Assembly (NCBI RefSeq): GCF_000189555.1
Contig: NC_017276.1
DNA: 64,000 nt
Source of the DNA: Saccharolobus islandicus REY15A
Lineage (GTDB): Archaea > Thermoproteota > Thermoprotei_A > Sulfolobales > Sulfolobaceae
Reading direction: 5' to 3' (one strand)
Part shown: piece after piece, positions 9,497 to 18,335 of the stretch
How positions within the stretch are numbered: the first letter of the stretch is position 1
Layout: each line of letters opens with the position of its first letter
The notes under the pieces: model-generated
Databases searched by the model: none
What the model was told of the DNA's origin: nothing
The model's input: only the letters and a program-made list of their open reading frames with translations
Program-made: the position numbers and the translations under genes

Positions 9497-10717
9497 CTAA
9501 CAGTGAAGCCCAGTAACTGGAGGTAACAAAACGTTATCAACTAGGTAAGTTGCTACTTGGTTTTGAACTGGAATTATCACTGCTGGAGCGGTAGACAAAG
9601 GTACATAGCTACTTACCGTTAAACTACTTACGGATATTAGAGCTATTATACCACCTGATTGTACATTACCGTGAATCACTACATATGCGTACTGCCCTCC
9701 AGGCATAAGTTCTATATCTGCTAAGCCTTTAACACTAAATGTTGGCAAGTCTATAGTTTTGACTATCTGAAAAGTGGATGTGGATATCACAAACACTTGA
9801 TTCGCATTTGAAGGTGCCTCAAGGTAGTAATCTCCATTTGGAGTGAATACACCCCTCTGTGGTATTGTACCGTTGGGCATTTGTAAGATGCCTAGCAATT
9901 TCAATGATGGTAGAGAGTAAAACCCAACTGAGTTATTTCCAACGTACTCTACCGCTACCATTGTGCCTTGCATATTAGGGCTTACCATATAGGGTTGTGA
10001 ACCAGCAGCAGTAGGTAAAACCTTAATTAAGCTACCGTTTAACGCTATAAGATCAACGCTGTTGTTAAATCTCATTGGAACTATTAAATAGTTTCCATCT
10101 GGACTCCATCTAACGTCACAAGGATAATACGTTCTACCATTAACTGGAGAGACGAAATGCTGTTCCCATAATACGTTAAGAGATGAAACGTTGATTAGAG
10201 CTAAGATACCGCTTGGACCATCTGCTACTGCGACTAGTTGTTGACTTGGTGAGTATGCAACTCCTATAAATCCTATACTATTTCCAAAATTGAATTCCTT
10301 TACGATCTTTAAACTATTAGCATCGATTGCGTAAACTGTACCATTATTTACTGGTATGAGGTAATATCGTGATTGTGCAGCATTTTCAAATGGATACTCA
10401 ACCCACCAGTATACTTGTTGTGGTACGTTTGTAGAGATGTTAATGGAATGCGTATATCCTTGGAAAGGAGTAGTGGATGATGGGTTTATTATTTCTGCAA
10501 TTCCTTTCTGTGTGAATACTAGGAAACTGTATTGAGGAGAATTAGTAGTAGAAACTGAACTACTGGTAGTTTGGGTCGAACTAGGTATTGATGACGATTG
10601 AGACTGCTTTAACATAATGTATGCAGCCCCTACTCCTATCAATATAATTATTATGAGTCCTACTATTAACCATAATTGATAACTGGACAACGCCTTTATT
10701 AACTGCTTTTTATTCAT
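9497..10717 (-). CDS. Membrane-anchored extracellular YVTN/YncE-like beta-propeller protein
   Basis: N-terminal TM, S/T linker, repeated blades (VAYSPSQQ, VRWSPDG, VSPNM, VFTPNG; VFVIST..IVKTI); ends GLHC. Confidence 0.8.
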   Translation of the reverse strand: MNKKQLIKALSSYQLWLIVGLIIIILIGVGAAYIMLKQSQSSSIPSSTQTTSSSVSTTNSPQYSFLVFTQKGIAEIINPSSTTPFQGYTHSINISTNVPQQVYWWVEYPFENAAQSRYYLIPVNNGTVYAIDANSLKIVKEFNFGNSIGFIGVAYSPSQQLVAVADGPSGILALINVSSLNVLWEQHFVSPVNGRTYYPCDVRWSPDGNYLIVPMRFNNSVDLIALNGSLIKVLPTAAGSQPYMVSPNMQGTMVAVEYVGNNSVGFYSLPSLKLLGILQMPNGTIPQRGVFTPNGDYYLEAPSNANQVFVISTSTFQIVKTIDLPTFSVKGLADIELMPGGQYAYVVIHGNVQSGGIIALISVSSLTVSSYVPLSTAPAVIIPVQNQVATYLVDNVLLPPVTGLHC

Positions 10718-10719
10718 TC

Positions 10720-10845
10720 GATTCCCTCAAAATATTACGTATTTTTAGGTAATTATAAAAGTTGTGATATTATAAACCCTTATTAAAGTTAATATAATTA
10801 AATTGTAATAATCATATCTACAGTATCTAATACTTTTGCATAAAA
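10720..10845 (-). repeat. Left copy of a perfect 126-bp inverted repeat (dsrE 3' end + promoter + RBS)
   Basis: Manual comparison: exact reverse complement of 12678-12803. Confidence 0.95.
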
Positions 10846-11016
10846 TTAAGAAAACCCTTGAACCAAAATAAATTAGGTGACTAAGAAAATTCTTCATCAA
10901 CATTTTTCTTATTGTTATATCATAAGAATAGACTTTTTATTCTTAAAATTAAATTCAGTTATGCACTAAATGGCTGAAGATAAGTTTTTTAAATAGAATT
11001 AACATCATTTTAAACA

Positions 11017-11991
11017 ATGATAGAGGAAACTACACTGATTTACGCTGAAGATTTCAAGTCATTGTTAGACCTCGAAAACTCGTATAAGTTATATAAATTA
11101 TCAAATATAAAAAAGCTAGATTTTGGGTATATTTGTTACCTCACCATATTCAGACTAAAAGTAGAATGTATATGCAAGCCGAAAAAGGATGGCCTTGATA
11201 TAATAGAAAAGAATGGAAGATTCATAATAAATATAACGTTCCAGAAGGAAAGCGAAGAGAGAATAAACGTAAAAATAAGTTACAGAGGAATTCTTGAAAA
11301 ACTCCTAAGTAGTATAGCAAATTCAATAAGGAAAAATTTAGAAGAATATTCAAAATATTTGGTAAGAAAGCAAAAAGTTGAAAATAATCTTAGAATTTCT
11401 ACTCTTAAGCCAGATAAAGTAGTAGATCTTAGAGGAGAAGAGTGCCCAGTTCCTGAAATAACGTTAAAGAGAGAATTGATGAAGGCTAATAGGGGAGAAA
11501 TAATAGAAGCTTTAACTGATAATCCAGCTGCAGTAGCTCACACTATCCCAGAAATAATTAAGTTATTTAACTGTAGATATGAGGTCCTAAAATATGAAGA
11601 TTACGTATCTTTTAGGATTTTAGTTTTAAGTAATACGATTAACACTGATGAATACGTTAAGGTAATTAAGGAATTCAACGAGGCTAGGATTAGAGAACTA
11701 ATTAGGGATAAGAAATTCATGTCGTTTTTATACACATATTTCGTGAAATTCCATAAAGCTGAAAAAGTTAATGATTTTAAGAATTATAGATTTAATTGTG
11801 AAAAAGACATTTGCCTAGTTTCATCAGCACCTTTAGGTAGGGGATGGCTATTTACTGGACTGATTAAGAGTAACAAAATGGTATGTGCTAGGATTGACAC
11901 TGAAAATGAAACCTTATTAGATTACCAAGCATTAGAATATTTAAAGAAGTTAGCTGGAGAAACAAATGTCATGTATTTATCGTTAGATTGA
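11017..11991 (+). CDS. Multidomain protein with a central TusA/SirA sulfurtransferase domain
   Basis: Central [13 protein letters not shown]...EALTDNP TusA motif, flanked by ~120-aa N-terminal and ~115-aa C-terminal domains. Confidence 0.8.
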   Translation: MIEETTLIYAEDFKSLLDLENSYKLYKLSNIKKLDFGYICYLTIFRLKVECICKPKKDGLDIIEKNGRFIINITFQKESEERINVKISYRGILEKLLSSIANSIRKNLEEYSKYLVRKQKVENNLRISTLKPDKVVDLRGEECPVPEITLKRELMKANRGEIIEALTDNPAAVAHTIPEIIKLFNCRYEVLKYEDYVSFRILVLSNTINTDEYVKVIKEFNEARIRELIRDKKFMSFLYTYFVKFHKAEKVNDFKNYRFNCEKDICLVSSAPLGRGWLFTGLIKSNKMVCARIDTENETLLDYQALEYLKKLAGETNVMYLSLD

Positions 11992-11995
11992 CTAT

Positions 11996-12397
11996 TTGCA
12001 AAAATTTATTTGGACTAAGCGTGTATTTCCCATTATGGAGCTTAAGGATGAATGTGGTTGCATAGTTAATAGGAAATACGCTTCAGACTTTCTAATGAAA
12101 AGGTTATTTAGCTATAAGAAGAAGATAAATGCCAAAAAATTGGGCTATTTTAGAATAGATAATTCTAGGTGGTTCACACTCTATAGGGCTCAAGATGGGA
12201 AAATATATTATGAAAGTTCTGAATGTCCACTACTCATAATAACCTTAGAAGCACTCTGTGAGAGATATATTGAAAATGAGGGAAAAATAAATAGAGATAA
12301 CTCCATGGAAAAACTACGTCAAATCAAGGGATTTACAACTAACCAGATAGTGAATGAAGTTGTTGAGAAATTTATAAATGGTGTCAGCAATGGTTAA
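11996..12397 (+). CDS. Hypothetical Cys-containing protein
   Basis: 133-aa ORF (TTG start) coupled to both neighbours; ECGC, SECP and LCE cysteines. Confidence 0.65.
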   Translation: MQKFIWTKRVFPIMELKDECGCIVNRKYASDFLMKRLFSYKKKINAKKLGYFRIDNSRWFTLYRAQDGKIYYESSECPLLIITLEALCERYIENEGKINRDNSMEKLRQIKGFTTNQIVNEVVEKFINGVSNG

Positions 12398-12725
12398 GAA
12401 AATTGCCTATATAGTTGAATCCAATTTGGGTTCTTATATTTTAGGGCAGATGGTAGTACCGCAGTTGGAGGAAAACAGACACAACGCTGAAGTTATTGGA
12501 ATGTTCTTTATACACGATAATGTCTATATTCTAATGAAAGATAATCCCTTAGCCGAAAGATTAGGTAAACTTAGTAGGGAAAGGGGCATATATTTGCAAG
12601 CCTGTGATCAATGCGTATACATGAGAAATTTAGCTGATAAACTAATAGAGGAAGCAAAGATAGGCTGTTTCCCTGACTTTTATGCAAAAGTATTAGATAC
12701 TGTAGATATGATTATTACAATTTAA
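12390..12725 (+). CDS. DsrE/DsrF (TusD)-like sulfur relay protein
   Basis: VIGMFFIHDNVY and LQACDQC motifs; likely start ATG 12390 after a GGTG RBS. Confidence 0.8.
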   Translation: MVKKIAYIVESNLGSYILGQMVVPQLEENRHNAEVIGMFFIHDNVYILMKDNPLAERLGKLSRERGIYLQACDQCVYMRNLADKLIEEAKIGCFPDFYAKVLDTVDMIITI

Positions 12726-12803
12726 TTATATTAACTTTAATAAGGGTTTATAATATCACAACTTTTATAATTACCTAAAAATACGTAATATTTTGAGGGA
12801 ATC
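12678..12803 (+). repeat. Right copy of the 126-bp inverted repeat
   Basis: Last 16 codons of dsrE, then TATA-like TTTATAAT/TTTTATAA and RBS GAGGGA before the tusA GTG. Confidence 0.95.
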
Positions 12804-12806
12804 AAA

Positions 12807-13055
12807 GTGGAAGATCTAACTTTAAGACAACCAGATGAGGTTCTTGATGTTAGAGGAGAGGAATGTCCTGTTCCAGAAATGAGCGCGAGCAAAAAATTGA
12901 AGAAAATGAAAGTAGGACAAATGTTAGAAGTGTTAACAGATCACGAACCCGCAGTACATGTTACTTTACCTTCTTTATGTAAATCCTTAGGATACCCATT
13001 TGTAGTGATAAGAGATAACGGACTTTACAAGGTGAGAATCCTAAAGGTGAAATAA
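12807..13055 (+). CDS. tusA: TusA/YeeD-family sulfur carrier
   Basis: [20 protein letters not shown]; 82 aa. Confidence 0.92.
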   Translation: MEDLTLRQPDEVLDVRGEECPVPEMSASKKLKKMKVGQMLEVLTDHEPAVHVTLPSLCKSLGYPFVVIRDNGLYKVRILKVK

Positions 13056-13058
13056 TCA

Positions 13059-14288
13059 ATGCCAAGTATGGTACTACAGCCAGTACTTCAAGAGAGTTGG
13101 GCATTAATCTACGGATTATTCGCTCTTTCTGGATTTATTTTGGGTTGGGCAGCCCAAAGAGGTAATTATTGTTTTGTAAACGCAATGACTTCAATATTTA
13201 CGGCCAAAAGTTATGAGCGATTTGGAGCCCTTTTAATACTATTCGGTTTGTCCGCGTTAGGAAGCGGATTATTAGTTGCATTTGGAGTTATTCCAGCATT
13301 TGATCAGTATTATTATAACTATTTTGCAGGTTGGTATATCCTTGTTGGCTCTATAATATTTGGCTTTGGTGCAGCATTAGCAGGTGGTTGTAATCTATCA
13401 ATGCTTTATAGGGCTGCTAGTGGGTATGTTCAAAATTGGATAGAGCTATTCGGAATGATGATAGGCACATATGTATTTGCAATAGGTATATGGCCCTTCC
13501 AGCTATACACAATGGCTAATGGGATTTTATCAACTACGAACGGAGGATATGTTGAATACTTGCCCTACATTATATTTCACTCAATTTCAAATATGTCAGT
13601 CTATATAACCACGTTAGTAGTTAGCCTACCACTAATATTCATTGGAATATACTTGCAACAGTACACTAAGAGAAAATGGGCAATCTCATCTAGTCTACGC
13701 ATCAATTTACCTGCAGCTAGAGCGTATTATAATCAAAACATAAGTACATCTGGAGAAGAAAATGTATCGTTAACCAAGGAAATTAAAGATTTGATACTAT
13801 TAAGAAAACCATATGGAACTAACTTAACTACAATAATATTGGCATTAGATTTACTTTTAGTTTTCATAGTTGGTGCTGGATACACCTTCAATTACCTAGT
13901 CATAACTTCGTCTGATGGCGGTAGATTCTTTGAATACTTGCTAATGTTAGGAAACGTCAAGTTATTTCTAAACACACCTTGGTTTAACGATTCGCTACCA
14001 ATTGTCGACCCAAGTACGCTAATGGTAATAATGTTGTGTATTGGAGCTTTCTCAGCATCATATCTAAGTGGTGACTTCAAAATACGAATACCAAGAAATA
14101 AGAGTAGACTGCTGATAGGGTTCGGAGGAGGAATGTTAGTTGGTATAGGCGTTAGAATGGCCCTTGGATGCAATGTAGGATTAATGTGGACTAATTTTGC
14201 CCAATTAGGTTATGACGGTATTATATTCCTCTTCGGAATGTTATTAGGAGTTTATTTAGCGATTAAAGTCCAAGAGAGGTGGCTATAA
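13059..14288 (+). CDS. yeeE: YeeE/YedE-family thiosulfate (sulfur compound) transporter
   Basis: Three conserved Cys motifs: QRGNYCF, ALAGGC, MALGCNVG; directly downstream of tusA. Confidence 0.88.
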   Translation: MPSMVLQPVLQESWALIYGLFALSGFILGWAAQRGNYCFVNAMTSIFTAKSYERFGALLILFGLSALGSGLLVAFGVIPAFDQYYYNYFAGWYILVGSIIFGFGAALAGGCNLSMLYRAASGYVQNWIELFGMMIGTYVFAIGIWPFQLYTMANGILSTTNGGYVEYLPYIIFHSISNMSVYITTLVVSLPLIFIGIYLQQYTKRKWAISSSLRINLPAARAYYNQNISTSGEENVSLTKEIKDLILLRKPYGTNLTTIILALDLLLVFIVGAGYTFNYLVITSSDGGRFFEYLLMLGNVKLFLNTPWFNDSLPIVDPSTLMVIMLCIGAFSASYLSGDFKIRIPRNKSRLLIGFGGGMLVGIGVRMALGCNVGLMWTNFAQLGYDGIIFLFGMLLGVYLAIKVQERWL

Positions 14289-14566
14289 TGATTTCCTTAC
14301 CAATTATTAGAAGATTATTAGCACCCTTAGTAGTAAGTTTATTTGCATTAGGTTGGTATGGATTCTCAGTACAATACATAGTTTCCAACAATAATGTGGC
14401 ATTAGAAAACGGCGTATTTTCAGCTTACATATCCCCATCACAATTGCAAGGATATATAGAGGCAACCAGATATATTTGTTATGTAGTAGTTTATTTGGGA
14501 CTCATATTCTTCTGGTATAATCTAGTTAAGACGGTTAGAGAATTGGAGGAGGCGAATAAACAATGA
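14279..14566 (+). CDS. Small two-TM membrane protein
   Basis: 95 aa, two hydrophobic segments, overlapping operon junctions. Confidence 0.65.
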   Translation: MAIMISLPIIRRLLAPLVVSLFALGWYGFSVQYIVSNNNVALENGVFSAYISPSQLQGYIEATRYICYVVVYLGLIFFWYNLVKTVRELEEANKQ

Positions 14567-14925
14567 GTGATTTATATGCAATAATGGTAATATCTGGAGA
14601 AGATGAAAAACTCTATATGGCCTATATAACTGCCATAGGCTACGCCTCTTCTGGAAATAAAGTGTACATGTTCTTCACCATGGATGGGTTAAGGGGAGTA
14701 ACAAAGGAAATAGAGAAAATACAGCTACCTAACGTAAAGCCATTATCCTATTACTATGAAAATCTAATAGAATTAGGAGGTGATGATATAGAACTTACAG
14801 CATGTGAATTTGGAATGAAAGTTAAGAACGTTAATCATGAAAGGCTATTGGATAAGGTTAAGATAAGCGGTGTTTCGGAATTCGCATTAAAGAGTTCCGA
14901 GGCTAAAGCCACATTAATCTTTTAA
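14563..14925 (+). CDS. DsrE/DsrF/DrsH-like (peroxiredoxin-family) protein
   Basis: VYMFFTMDGL and LTACEFGM motifs. Confidence 0.82.
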   Translation: MSDLYAIMVISGEDEKLYMAYITAIGYASSGNKVYMFFTMDGLRGVTKEIEKIQLPNVKPLSYYYENLIELGGDDIELTACEFGMKVKNVNHERLLDKVKISGVSEFALKSSEAKATLIF

Positions 14926-14958
14926 AAATTTTTTAGTGTCAATAACGTATTTCGTAAT

Positions 14959-15834
14959 ATGAGCGTGATTGATGCTATCAATTTAACAAAGAGGTATGGC
15001 GATATTGAGGTACTCCATGGCCTTACATTCCCCATAGAGGAAAAGAGTATAACCTTAGTAATGGGTCCTAATGGTGCGGGGAAATCAACACTGCTTAAAA
15101 TAATTGGCGGGCTAATAAATAGAACATCAGGCTATATAAGTGTTTTAGGAGAGGATCCTTGGAATAGCAACAAAATACCAAGAAAAGTTGGGATAATATT
15201 GGATAGGCCATTTTTACCACCATACCTTACTGTAATTGACATAGTGAAGGAAGTCTCCAGTGAATTTAGCTATCCTCTCAGCGACGCTAAAAGGTTATTA
15301 GAAGACTTTAATCTAGTACATTTTATGAAAAATAAAGTTAGAGAACTTTCAGCTGGTACTAAGCAGAAATTACAAATAGTCTTTTCCTTGATAAAAAATC
15401 CTGAAATAATTATAGCAGATGAACCTACAGCTAATCTGGACATAACATCACGATACGAGGTCTACAACACTTTTGCAGTGTTAAGAGAAAAAATGGGCTT
15501 AACTGTACTCATATCATCCCATATACCAGCTGAAATTTTAGCGTTCTCAACTCACGTCCTGGCAATAAACAATGGAATTATGAAGTTCTTCGGCAAAGTA
15601 GATAAGCTATTAAGAAATAATTTTCTCGAAGAGTTTTACATAGTGGTTGATAATATAGGTAAGGCTCTAGAAGCGTTAAAGGATAGGAGGATAGAAGTCA
15701 TAGGTAACCAGATAAGGATTTCTGGAAACTTAGCTGAAATTTCTAAAATCTTATCCAATGCTGGGGTAAGGATATTTTACGTTAGAAATTCTATAATAGA
15801 TAAAAGTATCAAAGGGGAGACGGGGTGGGAGTAG
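14959..15834 (+). CDS. ABC-2 type transporter ATP-binding protein
   Basis: GPNGAGKST, LSAGTKQKL, IIADEPT. Confidence 0.92.
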   Translation: MSVIDAINLTKRYGDIEVLHGLTFPIEEKSITLVMGPNGAGKSTLLKIIGGLINRTSGYISVLGEDPWNSNKIPRKVGIILDRPFLPPYLTVIDIVKEVSSEFSYPLSDAKRLLEDFNLVHFMKNKVRELSAGTKQKLQIVFSLIKNPEIIIADEPTANLDITSRYEVYNTFAVLREKMGLTVLISSHIPAEILAFSTHVLAINNGIMKFFGKVDKLLRNNFLEEFYIVVDNIGKALEALKDRRIEVIGNQIRISGNLAEISKILSNAGVRIFYVRNSIIDKSIKGETGWE

Positions 15835-16442
15835 TTAGCTTTCTAATCAAGCATCGATATGGTGAATATGGATTACTCTCGTACATTGACTTAGAGTTGG
15901 CCTTAAGTGTTAGTATAGTGGCATCATTTAATTTCTTTCATCCCCAGACTAGAAATGCAAGCGTTGATCAGCTCCTATTCAATATAATTACATTTACAAT
16001 AGGTATAATATTATCTACACTAGTTATAAGGAATATATGTCTAGGGATGGGGCAAGATCTATATGACGGAACAATAATATCGTTTTTACAAATGAGAAAT
16101 AGGAGGGCAATATTTCTTCTATCATATTTCATTGATGTTTTGCTAATAGGTGGACTATTTCTCTTGATTGCAGAATTAGTATTTCTTCTATCATCATTTA
16201 CTCCACCCATAACATGGATAAGCATTTTCATATCCGAATACTTACTCCTCTGTAACTCCTCCTATTTGATTGCAATATTGATTAAAAGACCCTTTAGAAG
16301 CTTCTTCATAAGTATAAGCTTAATCTTCCTCGTTCTTGGAATAGAAATAACTGGAAATATGATTATATTTAATTATCTTTTGCCACTAGATCTAATTTTG
16401 GGTTACCTAGCATACTATGCCTTTAGGAAGGTGCAGATATGA
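15825..16442 (+). CDS. ABC-2 type permease
   Basis: Multi-TM ORF overlapping the ATPase. Confidence 0.72.
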   Translation: MGVVSFLIKHRYGEYGLLSYIDLELALSVSIVASFNFFHPQTRNASVDQLLFNIITFTIGIILSTLVIRNICLGMGQDLYDGTIISFLQMRNRRAIFLLSYFIDVLLIGGLFLLIAELVFLLSSFTPPITWISIFISEYLLLCNSSYLIAILIKRPFRSFFISISLIFLVLGIEITGNMIIFNYLLPLDLILGYLAYYAFRKVQI

Positions 16443-16825
16443 TGAGAGTAGGCATATATTTAATCTCTTTAGGTATTTTCATACTAGTACTAGGAGAGAT
16501 AACGTTTCCTTTAAACACTACATTAAACGTCAACAATAGCAGTATGTATATAATCCCTCCATGGTATGAAAAGGCAAAAGTAAGTGTGAATAGTGGAAGT
16601 TTTCTCATAGTTTATCATAACTATACGTACATATTATTAGTAAAAGGGAGTATCACTATTAAACCAGCCTCAATACTATATGGAGTTGGCAACGCCAGTA
16701 TACTATTAGAAGGGTATAAGATTTTTTACAATCAATCATATATTGCAATTGGAATTTTCCTCATAATAGTAGGAGTTGGGCTAGAGATCATTAGATTTAA
16801 GAGAAGAAAAGATCACCAATTTTAG
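16439..16825 (+). CDS. Small membrane protein (TM-loop-TM)
   Basis: 128 aa, terminal TM helices, ATGA overlap with the previous gene. Confidence 0.65.
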   Translation: MMRVGIYLISLGIFILVLGEITFPLNTTLNVNNSSMYIIPPWYEKAKVSVNSGSFLIVYHNYTYILLVKGSITIKPASILYGVGNASILLEGYKIFYNQSYIAIGIFLIIVGVGLEIIRFKRRKDHQF

Positions 16826-17487
16826 ACCAGATTATCTACATAATTCCTAATTAACTTCCCCATTGCCCTCCTTAACGCTTGTAGGGTGGCTGCTTTACTT
16901 ATTCCTAATTCCTCTGATAATTCCTTCAAATCCACCTTTTTAGGCCAATCGAAATATCCCATCTTATACGCCTTATATATGATTTCAAACTCCTTACTTG
17001 TGAGCAAATTCTTCACAGACACTAAATTTCCATCATCTTTCTCGATGATCTTTAAACTGTAAGTATATTCTTTCAAGGTGGGTAATATTATTTCTCTGAA
17101 TATTTTATCATCTATTACTAAGGACCATTTTTCTAACCCGTTTGAAATTCGTTCGGAGATGTAGTATGCCCCCTTATTCATTAAGAGTTCGCTAATTCCT
17201 CCCCTTAACTTAGCTGACAACAATATTAAAGCTCTTAACTCGTTCTTTGTTCTAACATTTTCAATAATTTTTACTCTAGTCACCCTATTATTAGACTTAA
17301 TTATATTAATTAATTCATTAAGTATTAAAGGATCTCGGACATAAACCTCAGCTATTATATTCTCCTCCATCTTTTCAAACGATGGTGTACGAATTTTCAT
17401 CAGCACTCTTAGATCTTCTTCATCATACTTATCAGTTAGTAAAGTCCAGTCTTCATGCGATAATACTACGTTATAACTTCTTATCAC
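16822..17487 (-). CDS. HTH-10 (bacterio-opsin activator type) transcriptional regulator, paralog of 1780-2442
   Basis: LTSKEFEIIYKAYKMGYFDWPKKVDLKELSEELGISKAATLQALRRA; N-terminus aligns with the 1780-2442 protein. Confidence 0.87.
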   Translation of the reverse strand: MIRSYNVVLSHEDWTLLTDKYDEEDLRVLMKIRTPSFEKMEENIIAEVYVRDPLILNELINIIKSNNRVTRVKIIENVRTKNELRALILLSAKLRGGISELLMNKGAYYISERISNGLEKWSLVIDDKIFREIILPTLKEYTYSLKIIEKDDGNLVSVKNLLTSKEFEIIYKAYKMGYFDWPKKVDLKELSEELGISKAATLQALRRAMGKLIRNYVDNLV

Positions 17488-17540
17488 ATTATATTCTTCT
17501 AAATCTGTAGTTAAATGTCTTTTTGTTTCTATTTATTTCG

Positions 17541-18262
17541 AGTGTGTCCAACAATTTCATTCACCTTGTTGTAAGAGGTTGTATAAGGTGAAGAACGCCT
17601 TAACCCACCTCAGTATTGTAGCCTTACTGGCATTGTGTGGGAAGTGTTTGTCCATACTTGCAAGCCTTAACTTTAAACTTCTGAACATTTGTTCAACTAG
17701 GTTTCTCTTGCCAAAAGTCTCGTGTTCATGGTTAACGCCGAGTGTTGAAAGTATATTATACCAAGGTCCGCCGTCGTGAAGTATCTCCCTAACCTCTTCC
17801 ACCCTTATTCCACCACCCTCCAGTAAGAGTATAACATCTAGCCCGCTCCTAGTTTCTGAAAGCCTAACTGCAACCACTTTCCCCGTGTTCAAATCCCTCA
17901 CAACCCACAACCAGTAAAGTAAACCGTTAACAACTCTAATCCTAGTCTCGTCAACTGCTACACGAGTGGGGAGAAGAGTAATTAGCTAACTTCCTCCAAT
18001 AATACTGGACAGTATTTCTAGGGACGTGAAACAAGGCTTCAACCCTCCTCAAAGAAAGACCCAAGTAGTAGGCTGATAATGCTTTAGCAACCTCATCAAT
18101 AGTGTGAAAACGTGGAGAAAGGTTTAAAGCTGGAAAAAACAGAACTTAACATTAGGGCGGTGAGGTGCCTTAATTTGGTCTTGCTAATCATGGTTCCTCA
18201 ATAATACAACCTCACCGCCCTACAAATGTTTTATACAAAAAACAAAAATTGTTGGACACACT
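17541..18262 (-). mobile_element. IS6-family element with a frameshifted/deleted transposase
   Basis: Perfect 17-bp terminal IRs AGTGTGTCCAACAATTT (17541-17557 / 18246-18262); DDE pieces VAVDET, LHDGGPWY, RNLVEQMFRSLK; reading frame broken near 17970 and 18110. Confidence 0.85.
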
Positions 18263-18335
18263 GTATTTCTTAATAGTAGAATTTATAAACAAAAGGATGA
18301 ACTTGGCAAAGAAAAAGCAAAAAGTATGGAATAGC

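Noticed and set aside
8054-10717. Methylamine dehydrogenase (mauB/mauE-like) interpretation of propeller + DoxX
   Set aside because: No TTQ small subunit, MauD or MauG-like gene nearby
17530-18275. Target-site duplication of the IS6 element
   Set aside because: Flanks share only TATTTC out of register; no convincing duplication
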